A stretch of DNA of 64,000 bases from an uncultured Phycisphaerales bacterium (lineage in GTDB: Bacteria > Planctomycetota > Phycisphaerae > Tepidisphaerales > Tepidisphaeraceae): the NCBI GenBank assembly GCA_963758525.1, contig CAVWVQ010000003.1:4736001-4800000 (forward strand). Reading direction: 5' to 3'. Below are positions 20,879-33,526 of this stretch, one piece after another; the first letter of the stretch is position 1, and each line of letters begins with the position of its first letter. The position numbers and the translations under genes are program-made. The notes under the pieces are model-generated. The model made no database searches and had not been told where the DNA came from. It worked only from the letters and a program-made list of their open reading frames with translations.

Positions 20879-23281
20879 TTACGTCTTCCATCGCCAATTT
20901 CGGATCTCCGGCATATCCTGCCCCTCGCGGCAGATGTATTGGCCGTGTTCGATCAACTTGTCGCGCATCGCCTGCTTCAAGTAAGCGGCGCTGGCGCCCA
21001 GGCTGGGAACGCGATCGATCACGTCCTGAACCAGGTGAAAGCGGTCCAGATCGTTTAACACCGTCATGTCAAACGGAGTGGTGATGGTGCCTTCCTCCTT
21101 GTAGCCGCGCGTGTGAATGTTGTGATGATTGGTCCGGCGGTAAGTCAGGCGATGAATCAGCCAGGGATAGCCGTGGAAGGCAAATATCACCGGCTTGTTT
21201 GTGGTGAACAGTGAATCGAAGTCGTTGTCACGCAATCCGTGCGGATGCTCGCTGTCCGGTTGCAACTTCATCAAATCGACCACGTTGACCAGCCGAATCT
21301 TCAGTGTGGGAACGGCGCTGCGAAGAATGGAGACCGCCGCCAGCGTCTCGAGTGTGGGAACATCGCCGGCGCAGGCCATCACGACATCCGGCTCACAGTC
21401 GGTGTCATTACTGGCCCATCCCCAGATGCCGATCCCCTTGGTGCAATGCTTGACAGCATCGTCCATCGTCAGCCATTGCGGAGCGGGGTGTTTGCCCGCG
21501 ACGACGACGTTCACATACTGCCGGCTGCGCAGACAATGATCCATGACCGACAGCAGGCAGTTGGCATCGGGAGGCAGATAGACTCGCACAATCTCGGCTT
21601 TCTTGTTGATCACATGATCGATAAATCCCGGATCCTGATGGGTAAACCCGTTGTGGTCCTGCCGCCAGACATGCGATGCCAGAAGATAGTTCAGTGAGGC
21701 AATGTCGCGCCGCCAGGGGAGGTGTGAGGTCACTTTGAGCCATTTGGCGTGCTGATTGAACATCGAATCGATGATGTGAATGAACGCTTCGTAGCAGTTG
21801 AAGAGGCCGTGCCGGCCGGTGAGAAGGTATCCTTCGAGCCACCCTTCGCATTGGTGTTCGCTGAGCACTTCCATGACGCGTCCATCGGATGCGAGGAATT
21901 CATCGGTGGGGAGGGTTTCGGCTTCCCACTGGCGATTCGTTGTTTCAAAGACCGCCAGGAGACGATTGGAGAGTGTTTCGTCGGGGCCGAAGAGCCGGAA
22001 GTTGCGACGGTCCTGATTCAGCTTGATGACATCGCGGATAAAGACCCCCAGCACGCGTGTGTCCTCGGCGGTAACTGACCCGGGCGCAGGGATGCTGACG
22101 GCATATTCGTGGAAGTCCGGCATGCGCAAATCGCGAAGCAGCGCGCCGCCATTGGTGTGCGGATTAGCGCCCATGCGCCGCTCGCCGGTCGGAGCCAGTT
22201 CGGCAATCTCCGGCCTCAACCGGCCAGTCTCGTCGAAGAGCTCTTCGGGACGGTAGCTGCGGAGCCAGCCTTCGAGTTGCTTGAGATGCGCTGGATTGGT
22301 GGCCGGGTCGGCCAGCGGCACCTGGTGCGAGCGGAAGGTTCCTTCGTTCGGCACGCCATCGATTTCTTTCGGGCCGGTCCAACCCTTGGGGCTTCTCAAA
22401 ACAATCATGGGCCAGCGCGGGCGATCCTGCGGACCCGACGCCTTGGCAACTGATTGAATCTGCCGGATTTGCTCGATCACGCGATCGAGCGTCGCCGCCA
22501 TCTGCTGGTGCATCACTTTGGGGTCGTCCCCTTCAACGAAATAGGGGGTGTAGCCATATCCCTCGAAAAGCTTCTGCAACTCATCGTGTGAGATTCTCGC
22601 AAGGATCGTGGGATTGGCGATTTTGTATCCGTTGAGATGGAGAATCGGCAGCACCACGCCGTCCGTTGCGGGGTTGAGGAATTTGTTGGAGTGCCAGGCC
22701 GTCGACAGCGGGCCGGTTTCAGCTTCCCCGTCGCCGACGACACAGGCGACAATCAGTTTCGGATTATCCAGCACAGCACCGAAGGAATGGCTCAGGGAAT
22801 ATCCCAGTTCGCCTCCTTCATGAATCGAGCCGGGACATTCCGGTGACACGTGACTGGGAATTCCGCCGGGAAAAGAAAACTGCTTGAAGAGCTTTCGCAG
22901 CCCGGCCTCATCCTGCGTGATATTGGGATAGATCTCGCTGTAGGTTCCTTCGAGATAGGTACTGCCCACCAGCGCCGGCCCACCGTGTCCAGGGCCGGAC
23001 ACGTAGAACATGTTCAGATCAAACTGTTTGATGATCCGGTTCAGATGCACGTAAATGAAGTTCTGTCCCGGAGTGGTTCCCCAGTGCCCCAGCAGCATTT
23101 TCTTCACATGCTCCAGCTTCAAGGGCGCCTTCAGCAGCGGATTGTCGCACAGATAAATCTGCCCGACGGACACGTAGTTGGCGGCCCGCCAGTATGCGTC
23201 CATCCTCGCCGCCAGCTCCGGGGACAATGGGGAGTTGTGGGTGGGTTGCTTTACATTTGGGGTGTCAAGTGTCTGTGTCAT
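20879..23281 (-). CDS. xfp: Phosphoketolase (XFP family)
   Basis: [42 protein letters not shown]. Confidence 0.97.
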   Translation of the reverse strand: MTQTLDTPNVKQPTHNSPLSPELAARMDAYWRAANYVSVGQIYLCDNPLLKAPLKLEHVKKMLLGHWGTTPGQNFIYVHLNRIIKQFDLNMFYVSGPGHGGPALVGSTYLEGTYSEIYPNITQDEAGLRKLFKQFSFPGGIPSHVSPECPGSIHEGGELGYSLSHSFGAVLDNPKLIVACVVGDGEAETGPLSTAWHSNKFLNPATDGVVLPILHLNGYKIANPTILARISHDELQKLFEGYGYTPYFVEGDDPKVMHQQMAATLDRVIEQIRQIQSVAKASGPQDRPRWPMIVLRSPKGWTGPKEIDGVPNEGTFRSHQVPLADPATNPAHLKQLEGWLRSYRPEELFDETGRLRPEIAELAPTGERRMGANPHTNGGALLRDLRMPDFHEYAVSIPAPGSVTAEDTRVLGVFIRDVIKLNQDRRNFRLFGPDETLSNRLLAVFETTNRQWEAETLPTDEFLASDGRVMEVLSEHQCEGWLEGYLLTGRHGLFNCYEAFIHIIDSMFNQHAKWLKVTSHLPWRRDIASLNYLLASHVWRQDHNGFTHQDPGFIDHVINKKAEIVRVYLPPDANCLLSVMDHCLRSRQYVNVVVAGKHPAPQWLTMDDAVKHCTKGIGIWGWASNDTDCEPDVVMACAGDVPTLETLAAVSILRSAVPTLKIRLVNVVDLMKLQPDSEHPHGLRDNDFDSLFTTNKPVIFAFHGYPWLIHRLTYRRTNHHNIHTRGYKEEGTITTPFDMTVLNDLDRFHLVQDVIDRVPSLGASAAYLKQAMRDKLIEHGQYICREGQDMPEIRNWRWKT

Positions 23282-23400
23282 CGGATGCTCCTTCGGTATC
23301 AGATCTTCGCAAAGAGGGATTTAGATTGAATGAGGGCTTTTTGTTTCACCTTGATCGAAGCTGATTAGCATGCTTGCCGACAATTATTTTTAAGCAACAA

Positions 23401-23447
23401 AAAAAACCCGCGAGAATCGCGGGCTTGTGATACCCCCAAGGGGAGTC
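23401..23447 (-). repeat. att-like direct repeat, copy 1: tRNA 3'-end fragment plus intrinsic terminator
   Basis: 46/47 identical to 47286-47332; minus strand reads GACTCCCCTTGGGGGTA, then hairpin CCCGCGA-TTC-TCGCGGG and a T tract. Confidence 0.85.
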
Positions 23448-23709
23448 TGCCGATCATGGTTTTGCCGGGAAAAACAACGGTGACCGCCCGAGGCGCGCGC
23501 CGGAGCGCGCGCGGGGGGTTTTGGCCGACAATCGCCTTTTGAGCGTCCACGAAAAGCTTGAGGTTTGGCCGCCATCCGTGCATCGGGCTCTGGATGAGGA
23601 ATCGCCATCAATGACCGAGGAGAAGAGGAACGCCGTCTTTGCCCAGGTGCGGGCAATGCCAAGATCTTGAGTTTACCCGTGGCCTTGCGGCGTGTCACAT
23701 GCTGATGAT

Positions 23710-24260
23710 CTATGGCGGTCGGCGGGAGCGGGAGCGGCGCCATGAGTCCGGTCGGTCGCCGTCTTCGTTTTGCCCGGAGCAACCGAGACAGACCGACATA
23801 CCGCAGCGTTCACAGACTTGCATGCAATCCTCGCAGTAATCCTTCTGGCAGTGATCGCAGAAGCGGAGGCTGTCGCCCGAGGCGGTGACGCCGCAGTCTG
23901 AGCAGGCATGGCCATCCCAGTCTTCCGGGGCCACGTAAGCGGATGAGGCGTTGTAGGTATGCAGCACCCGGTTCATGAGCTGGAAGGCATCCCCAATCCG
24001 TCCCTCGGCGAGGGCGCACGAGATGGGGGCGGTGGCATCGCCGGCCCAGAGACGCTTCTCGCAAACGTGCGGATGCACGCAGGATTTGCCGGCGGCGGGA
24101 TTGGCATTTCGGGCGTGGATCACGAACACAGACGAGTCGACGCGCTGGGAGAGGGCTTCAAAATCAAGCCGGATGACAAAAGTACCGAGCCGGACTCCTC
24201 TCAGCGTGATCTCATCGGTCGTGACAGCGATGCGTTTCTCATCGCACAGAAACCCTCGGA
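23710..24260 (-). pseudogene. 5'-truncated prokaryotic E2-like (HPHV) protein with Cys-rich C-terminus
   Basis: Open frame TTDEITLRGVRLGTFVIRL..NPAA..HPHVCEKRLWAGD..TYN..W.G..CSDCG plus CxxC repeats; no proper start. Confidence 0.5.
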
Positions 24261-24280
24261 GAAGTCGGGGGCCGTGGACC

Positions 24281-27200
24281 TCAGTGGAGCGTCGCTGGAC
24301 AGCAGATCACGCTTTCTGGAATTGGACCCCTTGGCTGACCGGGCCCGCTGAGTTCAAGCGCCGGCGCGGCGCCGTCCCAGACCAAGGGTCTCATCCCTGG
24401 AAGATTGAGCTGCAACAGGTTGTCGCCGCGCATGTCAATGTAGGTGACCGACAAGGCATGCTTTCCCTTTTGCAGGGCGATTGACCACGTCCCAACCGCG
24501 TGCAGGCTTGTAGCGGGGTACCACCGGGCGCCGTCGATGGAGATGCTCAGATCGTAGCCGGCGGTAATGTTTGGCTCATACGATTCCGGGGGCGCAAAAA
24601 GGTATAAACGCCGTCGGCGGGGACGTCGATATACCCGGTGTAACGAAACGCATACGTCGTAACCGAGCCCTTCGCGGAAAGGTCGACGAGGGCTCCTGCA
24701 TGCCCGCTGGAAGCGGGCTTGAGCTCGTCGAGTCTCATCAACAAGTCCTGCCAACGTCCGGCGAAATATTCATAGTGCAGCCCCGCCTCTGTCGGAACCG
24801 CCGCCAGCGAGGGATGCAGTGCTTCGGCTTTGAAGCGGGCCTTGGTCACCGCGGAGACCAGCGTGCCGTTTTGAGTATTCGGCATTGCCGTCACGCCCGG
24901 ACGGACGGCGCGGGCCTTGACCTGCGTATCCACAGTAATCGTGAATGGACCTGTGTAAACGGGCGAGGCCAGCGTGGGATCACTGCCATCACAGGTATAA
25001 CGGATCTGCGCCCCCGGCGTGGCGGAGGCGAGCGTCACGGTTTGCTGGGCGACGAATACATTGCAGTTCAGTGGTGCAATCGTCACAGGCGCAAGTGGCG
25101 TGTAGATGGGCGTAACAGTCAGGCCGTTGGCGGTCAGAGCAAATTCGACATCGGGCGCCGGCAGTGAGACCGTGTGTCCACTCACCGACATGGCCGCCGC
25201 GCCCAATACGATGCCGCGCCGAGTGCCGTCCGCGCCGGTTGTCAGAAGCAACGTCTCGGCAGAGGCGTGCAAGTCGCCTAATCGCAATTCGCCAGGCGCT
25301 TTGATCGCCGCCAGGTATTCCACGCGCAACCCCTCTGGCGTAACCGCTGAGAATCCCACGGCGCCCGAAGCCTTCAGAGGGGTCACGTCGCGCAGGTCTT
25401 CCTCCGTACCATGGCGCGGGCGGATCACGGTGACCACCACGCTCTGATCGCGGGCTTTCCACGCGCCGCTGACACAAAGAAAATCGTGGAGCAGGTAGTG
25501 ATTTGTTTTCGACGCGTGCTCCTCGATCGAGGTGAAACTCAGCGGAGCCGACGGAAAATGAAAGAGCGAGACATTGGCGCTGGGCCGGGAAGTTTTGATG
25601 GTGGCATCAGCCGACTTGACGGTGATCTGCTGCGGGGTGAAATCGGAGGGAACCTTGCTTGGCTGAATCGCAAAGCGCCAATCGAGCGAATAATCATGCT
25701 CGGCCGGACTGCGCAACCGGTCGGTGACGATCCAGAAGCCGGCCGCGCGTACAAACTGCACGAGGCGTTGATGGATTACGTCATTGCAGCCGCCGGCGCG
25801 ACCATATACGCCGGAGTAGACGCCCTCCGCCAGATCGAACGCGGTTGAATTGTGCGAACGCCAAGGTGCCGGCTGGTGCCAGGCAAGCAATGTTCCGCGA
25901 TGACCCCAGGAGGGAACGCCCGCCCAGAAAAATTGTTCCTGACCGTCCACGCGCACGGGAGAATGGGGCTCATCGTATGGGCCGTTGTCACCGGCTCCGA
26001 TCAAGTCCTCCCCGAATGCCGACACGCCCACTGCATTGTTATTGCGTCGGGAAAGGGATCCGACGGCCGGCTTGGGTGAGCAGAACATGTAGAGATACGG
26101 ATCGCCGCTGTTCCAGCCGGCGCGCATGTAATTGTGCCCGCTGTAGGGAAGCGATTCGGAGGTGAACGAGGGAGGCGTCTGCATTTCGCCCACGCCCAGC
26201 GACAGGATGCTTGCAATGTCCGGGTTGGCAAATGCCTCGGGAACGAACCACGAGATTGCGCCGTATGCCTGGGCCGCGCGATCCTCATGAGCATCGCGGG
26301 TGCCCCCGATCGGCCATTCGCGATTGGCTTGAATGTGGCCCGCGAGCATGCGCCCGGCGGAGCATTTCTTCACGGATGCCGCGCTCAAACAGATCGAGGC
26401 GGAAGCCGTCGCGAAGATCACGTTTCTCCCATGCGGGAAGCTGCCAGTCCGCCAATCGCAATGCCCGAAGGTTGAGTGTTTCCAGGATCGGGACGGCCCC
26501 CATCATGTACTGGTAGTGGTAGCCGACGGTTGAATCGATGTCTCCGCCGTCGGGCATGTGACGAAACGGCGCCATCAGCTCTATCTTGCGGAGCGAATCC
26601 CGCACGAGGTCCGGAGCCCATTGATACTCATCAAAGAACAAGGCGAGATCGAGCTGGGATGACGCGCTCAATTCCGTCCAGCCGTTCGCATTGGCGCGGT
26701 GATACATGAGAGTGAGCGGCGGGTAGTCACCAAGAAGCCGGCCCAGCACGCGTGCGAACGTCGGGGGCGGCAGGGCGTCGGCTCCCCCAGGGACGGCAGC
26801 CACCGCGTTCCAGTACTTCAGGACGTTGAGCACCATGTCGTCGGCCCCGGCCCATTGATCTGGAAGCTGGGCGAGAGTCGCGGCGGACACGCCGAACACC
26901 TGATTCATCGCCCAGTCGTCTGCATAGGCTGCCCAGCGGTTCATGTAGGTGCGGTCGCCGGTGAAGATGTAAGCTGCAAGCAGCGGGGAAAAGGCGTCGA
27001 CGTGCCACGGCCAAGCGCCGCCGAAGTTCTGCCGCGCATCCGCGACGGCAGCTTGCCAGTTGATTTGCCCGGGCTCGCCAATCTGCACACGATGGTTGTC
27101 GATGTTGAGAACCCCACCCATGAGATCGCGGGCCTGAGCGAGGATCGCATCACGCTGGCTGGTATCGATCAAGGGATGGATCCACTTCCACATCACCGGG

Positions 27201-27589
27201 CCGCCCGAGTACGCGTCAAATCGAGCGCGACCGAGCCCGTAGTCATCAACATGACGGAGCTTGTTCAGAGTGTATTGTTTGAAAAGGTCGATCGCGCCCG
27301 CGTAGTCCTGGTGGTCCATCAGCCCGCGGATCTTTTGCAGTGCGGCCCATCGATCCGGCCGTCTGAACTCCCGCTGATCCCACGTCGCGAGAAAGGTCAT
27401 ATCCAGCAGTTCATGCGCAGCCTTGTCGACATTCGCAGGCGAGTTCCGCTGGGGGAAGCTTCCCGAACGCTCCTGCAAGTGTTCCGGAGCCGGCAAATTC
27501 GCGGGATCTGGCGCTGCGGCACACAGCGACTCGCGGGCAACGAGGAGCAGAAATAACGCAGCGGAGATTCCGGAAGTCTTGATTTTCAT
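24281..27589 (-). CDS. Secreted heparinase II/III-like protein with chitobiase/Fn3 and PA14 domains (gene B); frameshifts near 26345 and 24600
   Basis: Own signal peptide MKIKTSGISAALF at 27589; MRAGW, IRYTCDGSDPT, GLHYEYFAG; collinear with paralog gene A. Confidence 0.7.
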
Positions 27590-30500
27590 CTGCACAGCCA
27601 TTCCGAGGGGATCGGACGAGTTTCGATTCCGGGCCCATCGACACGGAGGTCCGGGGTGTTGCCGGTCCAGATCCATGGTGCAAAGCCCGGCTTGTTGTTG
27701 CGCCGGCGCGTCGCCCCGGAAGTCGGCGAAGGTGACCTCAAGCCGGTGCTTCCCTTGCTTCAGGGCGATCGACCAGGAGCCCAGTGCATGACGGGTTGCA
27801 GCCGGATACCACTGGATCCCGTCAACGACAATGTTCAGGTCGTAGCCAGAGACAATGTTCATAAGGTACGACTCGGAGGGCGCGTGAAATGTATAGACGC
27901 CGTCCGTCGGCACCGCCAGATATCCCTGATACCGCACGCGATAGATGGTCCCTGGGGCGATGCTCGGTGAAGCGAACAGGCGATCGACTTCCCCTGAAGA
28001 AGAGACAGGGACGATCTGCGGCGAGAGGAAGAGGTCTTGCCACCGGCCGGTCGAAATCTCGTAATGCAATCCGGGAACGGTCGCCGCGTCGACCGCCGGC
28101 CTGGCGATCAGCGCCGTAAAGTCGGCGCGGGCGACCAGCGACGCCAGACGGCAGCTCATCGTGATTGGCATCTCGGTAACACCCTTGCGGAAGGCGCGCG
28201 CCTTAATCGTTGTATCGCGTTGGATGTCGAACGGTCCGGCATAGAGCGATGACAACAACGTCGGAGCGGTGCCGTCCGTGGTAAAGCGAATTTCCGCGTC
28301 GGCGGTGGGGCAGCTCAATGTGATCTGCTGGCTGTCCAGGAAGGCGCAGCGATCAGCCGGTTCGATTCGTACATTGCCAACGGGGGTATGGATGGCGGTC
28401 GAGGTGAACTGCTCGCCGGTGCAAAGAAATTCGGCATCGGCGCCCGCGAGCAATCCTTGGACGCCTTCCCGAAGCCTCAGCGCCCGGTCGCCGAGGACGA
28501 CGCCGGATCGCACGCCTCCCGGCTCGTCAACCACCAGCAACGCCTCTGCCTCCGCGCCCAGGTCGCCGGCCGAGAGCCTGGCGGGCGCCGCATTGGCAGC
28601 GACGAAATGCACCGACCCGCCCGTTGGCAGCGTCGCCTCAAACCCGGTCACTGCCCCGGCAGTCAGACTGCGCACGTCGCTCAGGTCGTTCCCGTTGACG
28701 GGGCGGGGGAGGATCGCGGTTACGATCACGCCTGAGCCGGCCGCAGCGGTCCAGGACTCGCCAATCCGAAGAAAGTCGTGCGTGTGATAGCCGCTCTTCG
28801 GATCGCCGCGCTCCTCGGCATGATCGAAGACGAGATGCTGGGCGGAGAAGTGGCGCAGCGTCACATTTGCATCTTTTTCCCGATGGGTGGTGATCATCTG
28901 GCGATCTTCGTCGGCGAGGATCTGGTCGGGAGTAAAGACGGTGTCCCTGCCGGGCGCGATCGGAAGCCGCCAGTCGAGCGTGTACGTATGCTTCGCATCG
29001 CTGCTCAAGCGGTCGACGATGATCCACATGTTCGCGCATCGCACGAAGAATGCCTGGCGACGGTGGGTAACGCCGGCGATGTGATCCTCGTCGCCGTAGC
29101 CGCCCGAATATTCCCCCTCGGCCAGATCGAATCGGGAGGAATCGTGCCAGCGCCAGGGAGGAGCATCCTCCCAGGCGCGCGGACCGTTCTCGCCGCCGCC
29201 CATCACCCCGCGATGAGCCCAGCGAAGCACGCCGTTGGCAAAGTACGCCTCGCGCCCATCGACGCGCAGGGGCGAATGGGGCGGATCGTAGGGGCCGTTC
29301 TCCCCGGTCTCCAGGAGATCGGCGCCGTAAGCCGCGATGCCGATTGCATTGGGGTTACGGATACCCATTGAGCCGCCGTCGAGATGCGGCGGGCAATGCA
29401 TGTAGAGATACGGGTCGCCGTGCTTCCAGCCGGCCCGCTGGTAGAACACCCCTGAGACGGGGAAACATTCAGACGTGAACGGTGGGGCGAGACCCTTCTC
29501 GGCAAAGCTGACTAGCGCGGCGGTCCCCGGATCACCGAGCATCTCGGGAACCATGGCGATCAGGCCGTAGGTCGGCCCGTTTTCCTTGCGGTGACCGACG
29601 CGCCCGCCGCCGATTGGCGTGTCTCCCTCCGGGGTGGCGTGCGCAAGTCCGTAACGGGTGCGCGCCAGCATATCATCGCGAAGGTTTCCCAGCCAACGCG
29701 CATCGTCGAATGAGGATCGCCACGATTGCTCCCAGGCCGGGAGTTCCCATTGCGGGATCGCCCCGCGGGCGGCGAGGCGATCGATGGTCCCTTGAGCGCC
29801 GAGCAGGAATTGGCGCCAGTAGCCGTAGGTTGTGTCGAAGTCCACGCCATCGGGCATGTGACGGAGGGGAATTAAAAGATCCAGCTCGCGCAGCGAGTCG
29901 CGAAGCAGGATCGGCGCGCACCGATACTCATCAAACAGGAAGGCCAGATCCACCATCTGCGGAATACCGACATCCGTCCAGTTGGTCATGTTGGCGCGCT
30001 GATAGAGCACGGCCAGCGGCAAGTACTCGCGCACGAGCCGCGCAGTCACGCGGGCAAAGGTATCGGCGGGCACGGCCTCGATCCCGCCGGGAATCATGCT
30101 CACGCCGCGGAGGTAACGGAAGATCTCAAACGCCCCCCAGGCGTTTCCCCAGCGATCGTCCATATCGATGCCAATCGCCGGCAGTCCGTCATGCTGATTG
30201 ATCGCCCAGTCGTCGGCGTAGGCCGCCCAGGTATCGAGATAGCGGCGGTCCCCGGTGAGAAGATACGCGCCCAGCAGCGGATTGAATGCTTCGACGCGCC
30301 AGGGCCAGTCCTCATTTCCCTGATGACCGGCCGCGGCGGAGGCGGCGCGCCAGTCAATCGAGCCCGGTTTGCCAATACTGGTCGCATTTGCCCCCCTGAT
30401 GCGACCGTCCACGTTTTGTCCGCCGATGCCCACGCCCTTCAAGAGGTCATCGGCCTTGTGCAGTATCTCGTCTCGCTGTGCGTCCGAGACAGGGGGCTGA

Positions 30501-30901
30501 TGCAGCCATTTCCAACGCGGCTCTCCGATTGACCAGGGGTCCATCCGGGCAACGCTCACTCCGAACCCCCCCTCGCCGTCGCACAGGCGCAGTTTTTCGA
30601 GCGAGTATCGCTTGAAGTCCTCCAGCGCGGTGGTGTAGTCCTTGTTGTCGAGCTCGCCGCGGATTCTGCCGAGCCGCTCCCATCGCCCGGGACGGTTGAA
30701 ATCGCCTGGTCCCCATTGGCCGATCCACGTCAGCGCGAAAAGCTCGCGCACCGCACGCTCGACGGCGACGGGTGAATGGCGATCGGCGAAATGAATTTCG
30801 GATTCAACCGGCGCGGCGGGTGGTGACCCGGCACGCAGCACGCCGCCGGTAGTGACCAGAAGAAAAAGCGTGGGGATGACTGTGGAATTCTTTATCTTCA
30901 T
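27586..30901 (-). CDS. Secreted heparinase II/III-like protein with chitobiase/Fn3 and PA14 domains (gene A); frameshift near 27705
   Basis: Signal peptide; QRAGW, IRFTTDGTAPT; alternate frame gives terminus ..IWTGNTPDLRVDGPGIETRPIPSEWLCR* with ATGA overlap onto gene B. Confidence 0.7.
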
Positions 30902-31989
30902 TTTGACGCTGGTTTGCCGCCGTCCAATGCATCGGCGACAAGTCTTGCCACCTGCGGGCTTGAAAAAAAGGCTGGGAAGTGCGCCTTGCTGGCAATGGGG
31001 TTGTCGCCATCCCCCTCAAAGACGCCGTACGCATGATGCTTCTTGTCCAACCAGGGGTAATACCCGTAATACCCGGGGCTGCTGAGCAGAGTGGCGTTGC
31101 CCTGCTGATCGACTTGCTCGCGCCATTCCCCAAAGCCGTAAATTCCGTTGTGACTGCCGCACAGCTTGAAATAATCGTTTGATCCCCGGTCCGCGCCGCG
31201 GAGTTGATCGGCCTGCATCTCGCGGATGGAGTTCGCGGAAAGAATGCGTTTGCCGCGAAACATCCCGTCGTTGCTGATCATTTCCAGGAAATTGGAATAG
31301 TCATCGAGCGTACTGCTGGCCGACCACCGCGCCCCGCCATGACACCGTACATACCAAAGGTTCATTCCCGTGGTTGTCCAGTGCATCTCGCACGGACCGG
31401 CAATCCTGTCAGCAAAGAGAATCTCCCAAGGCTTCCCGCTGACCACTTCCGCCACCCGGCCCGCCACCGCGATCCCATTGCCGCCATATTGGAAGAGCGT
31501 GCCCGGTTTTTCCTTCAGCGTTCCCGCAGCCAGTTCATCGGCGCGGTCGGCGATGGAGATCGTCTGGGCGTCGGACTCGGGAATCTGGATGCTGTTCAAC
31601 CCGCTGGTATGAGACAGACACTGCCGGACGGTTGCGCGACCCGCATCGCCGGTGAATTGCGGAAGATACTTCGAGAGCGGTGCGTCGAGATCGATCTTGC
31701 CGTCGTCGACAAGAGTCATGACGCACGACGCTTCCAGCCATTTGGTTGACGAGACAAGGCTGACGACGGTGGAGGCGGTATATCCGCCGAAGAACTTCTC
31801 GTAGACGACCTTCCCGTCTTGGACGACGCGAATGGCGGCGCCGGGATAGTAGCCGTGATCAACCCACCCCTGAATCAGATTGGTAACGGCCGAGAAGTCA
31901 TAGCCGCCAGGGGTGTCAGATGCCCGAGCCACGCCAGCCAGGCTGAATGCGGCAACGATCGTCCAGATTACAGGAAAACGTCGACTCAA
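30898..31989 (-). CDS. Secreted serine hydrolase, beta-lactamase class C-like family
   Basis: SxxK (SSTK), LSHTSG, PGTLFQYG; signal peptide. Confidence 0.85.
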   Translation of the reverse strand: MSRRFPVIWTIVAAFSLAGVARASDTPGGYDFSAVTNLIQGWVDHGYYPGAAIRVVQDGKVVYEKFFGGYTASTVVSLVSSTKWLEASCVMTLVDDGKIDLDAPLSKYLPQFTGDAGRATVRQCLSHTSGLNSIQIPESDAQTISIADRADELAAGTLKEKPGTLFQYGGNGIAVAGRVAEVVSGKPWEILFADRIAGPCEMHWTTTGMNLWYVRCHGGARWSASSTLDDYSNFLEMISNDGMFRGKRILSANSIREMQADQLRGADRGSNDYFKLCGSHNGIYGFGEWREQVDQQGNATLLSSPGYYGYYPWLDKKHHAYGVFEGDGDNPIASKAHFPAFFSSPQVARLVADALDGGKPASK

Positions 31990-32115
31990 TTTCGTCCTCG
32001 CTCGTCAGGGGTGGGAGAATCGCCTTAGTGGGCGACGGGAGGGCAATATAGAGAGAAATCCGGCCGTTCGTCAAGAAAAAGTTTTATGAAATTAATAGAG
32101 TATTTCCAACTAAGT

Positions 32116-33186
32116 TCAATTGGTGATCTCTTCTGCGTCCACGATTGAAGGAGCGATCAGCACCTTCTCGTAGGGGTCGGCGGGGTGCTTGATGCGCCAC
32201 AGCAAACGCTCGATAGCGCGTTTGCCGACGTAATCCGCGTGAATATCAACTACGGCTGGTGCCGGATGAAGGCCGGTGAGGTAAGGCCGTTCGTTGTTGC
32301 AGGTGATGATCTGAACATCCTGTCCCGGATGCAGTTTCCTCTCCAGGAGCAGGCGGTAAACGCTGGCGGTAAAGACATCCATGGCCACGAATAACGCGGT
32401 GGGGCGCGGGGTTGCGGCGACGAATTGATCGAGGAGCGTGGCGAGGCGGGATTCGTTGACCTGGTTTTCACTTCCGAGAAGCTTCGCGTCGACCAGCTTC
32501 AACACGCGCCCGCCAGCGTTTTCCATGGTGACTGCGAACCCAAGGCTGCGACGGGCACGCGTCGCTTCGCCGACAACATCGGTGTTGAGCACGTCGGTGA
32601 TCATCGCGCACTCAGTATGGCCGCGTTTCTGCAGGTATTCGGCGGCGATTCTCCCCATCAGCAGGTGATTGGGGAGAATGTGATCGCCGACAAAACGAAC
32701 CGGATTGCCCATGGCCCACACCGCGGGCGTCTTGAGCAACTCTTGGGGGAACTCATCCTCCGGCTCAACGCCGAAAAGCACCAGCCCGTCCCATCGAGAT
32801 TGCTGGAGCATCGCGCGGACGCCGTCGTAGCTGGGCACGTGCCGGACGATGAGGTTCAGGTCGCGGCTTGCCAATGCGGCGCCCACACCGTGGATGACCG
32901 ACGCGTAGACCGGCTGGTGATCGAATATCCACTTCAGATCGCGATGGCCCAGCAGAAGCAGGGCAATGTTTCCTTCTCCTGCCGCGAACCGCATACGGCT
33001 CTTGGGGCCGCGCCGGCGCTCGACGGGCAGCGGCACGTACTGGAGCTGAGCCATCGCCTTGCGGATTGCCTCGACGTTTGAAGCGGCCACTCCCGGAACA
33101 TTATTGATGACGCGTGAGACGGTTCCTTTGCTCACGCCCGCCACACGGGCGACGTCGAGGATTGTGATCGAGGGTGCGGAGGCCAT
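32116..33186 (-). CDS. LacI family transcriptional regulator
   Basis: TILDVARVAGVSKGTVSRVIN HTH plus sugar-binding domain; ATG at 33186. Confidence 0.92.
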   Translation of the reverse strand: MASAPSITILDVARVAGVSKGTVSRVINNVPGVAASNVEAIRKAMAQLQYVPLPVERRRGPKSRMRFAAGEGNIALLLLGHRDLKWIFDHQPVYASVIHGVGAALASRDLNLIVRHVPSYDGVRAMLQQSRWDGLVLFGVEPEDEFPQELLKTPAVWAMGNPVRFVGDHILPNHLLMGRIAAEYLQKRGHTECAMITDVLNTDVVGEATRARRSLGFAVTMENAGGRVLKLVDAKLLGSENQVNESRLATLLDQFVAATPRPTALFVAMDVFTASVYRLLLERKLHPGQDVQIITCNNERPYLTGLHPAPAVVDIHADYVGKRAIERLLWRIKHPADPYEKVLIAPSIVDAEEITN

Positions 33187-33526
33187 TGAAAATACGCTCT
33201 GTCTAGAATTTAATTTCGCGACCCGCAAGAGCGTCCAAGTCTTTCCCGAAACTCACTGCCCCTCACGATAATTGGAATTATAGCAGTAAGTTCATCTAAA
33301 TGCAAACTATCTCTTAACTGCTTAAAATCATTACGCTTATCGACGAGATAAGATCGCTAAACGCGTTGAAATTTTAGATTCACGGGCACACCGCAAGGTC
33401 ATCACTCCGGCTTGCGCCGACAAATTCCAAAAAATTCGGTTTCTTTCGTTGCAATTTAGAATTAATAAGATATTCTTTGGAATTGTTACGTTAAGTCACT
33501 TAGAATAACTACGCGAGAGGAAACCC

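Noticed and set aside
26285..30901. 1538-aa ORF as a giant fusion protein
   Set aside because: An indel near 27705 joins gene A to gene B; gene B has its own signal peptide and gene A's natural stop overlaps its ATG
33187..33526. Specific LacI operator in the AT-rich divergent promoter region
   Set aside because: The region is probably regulatory, but no convincing palindrome could be pinned down by eye
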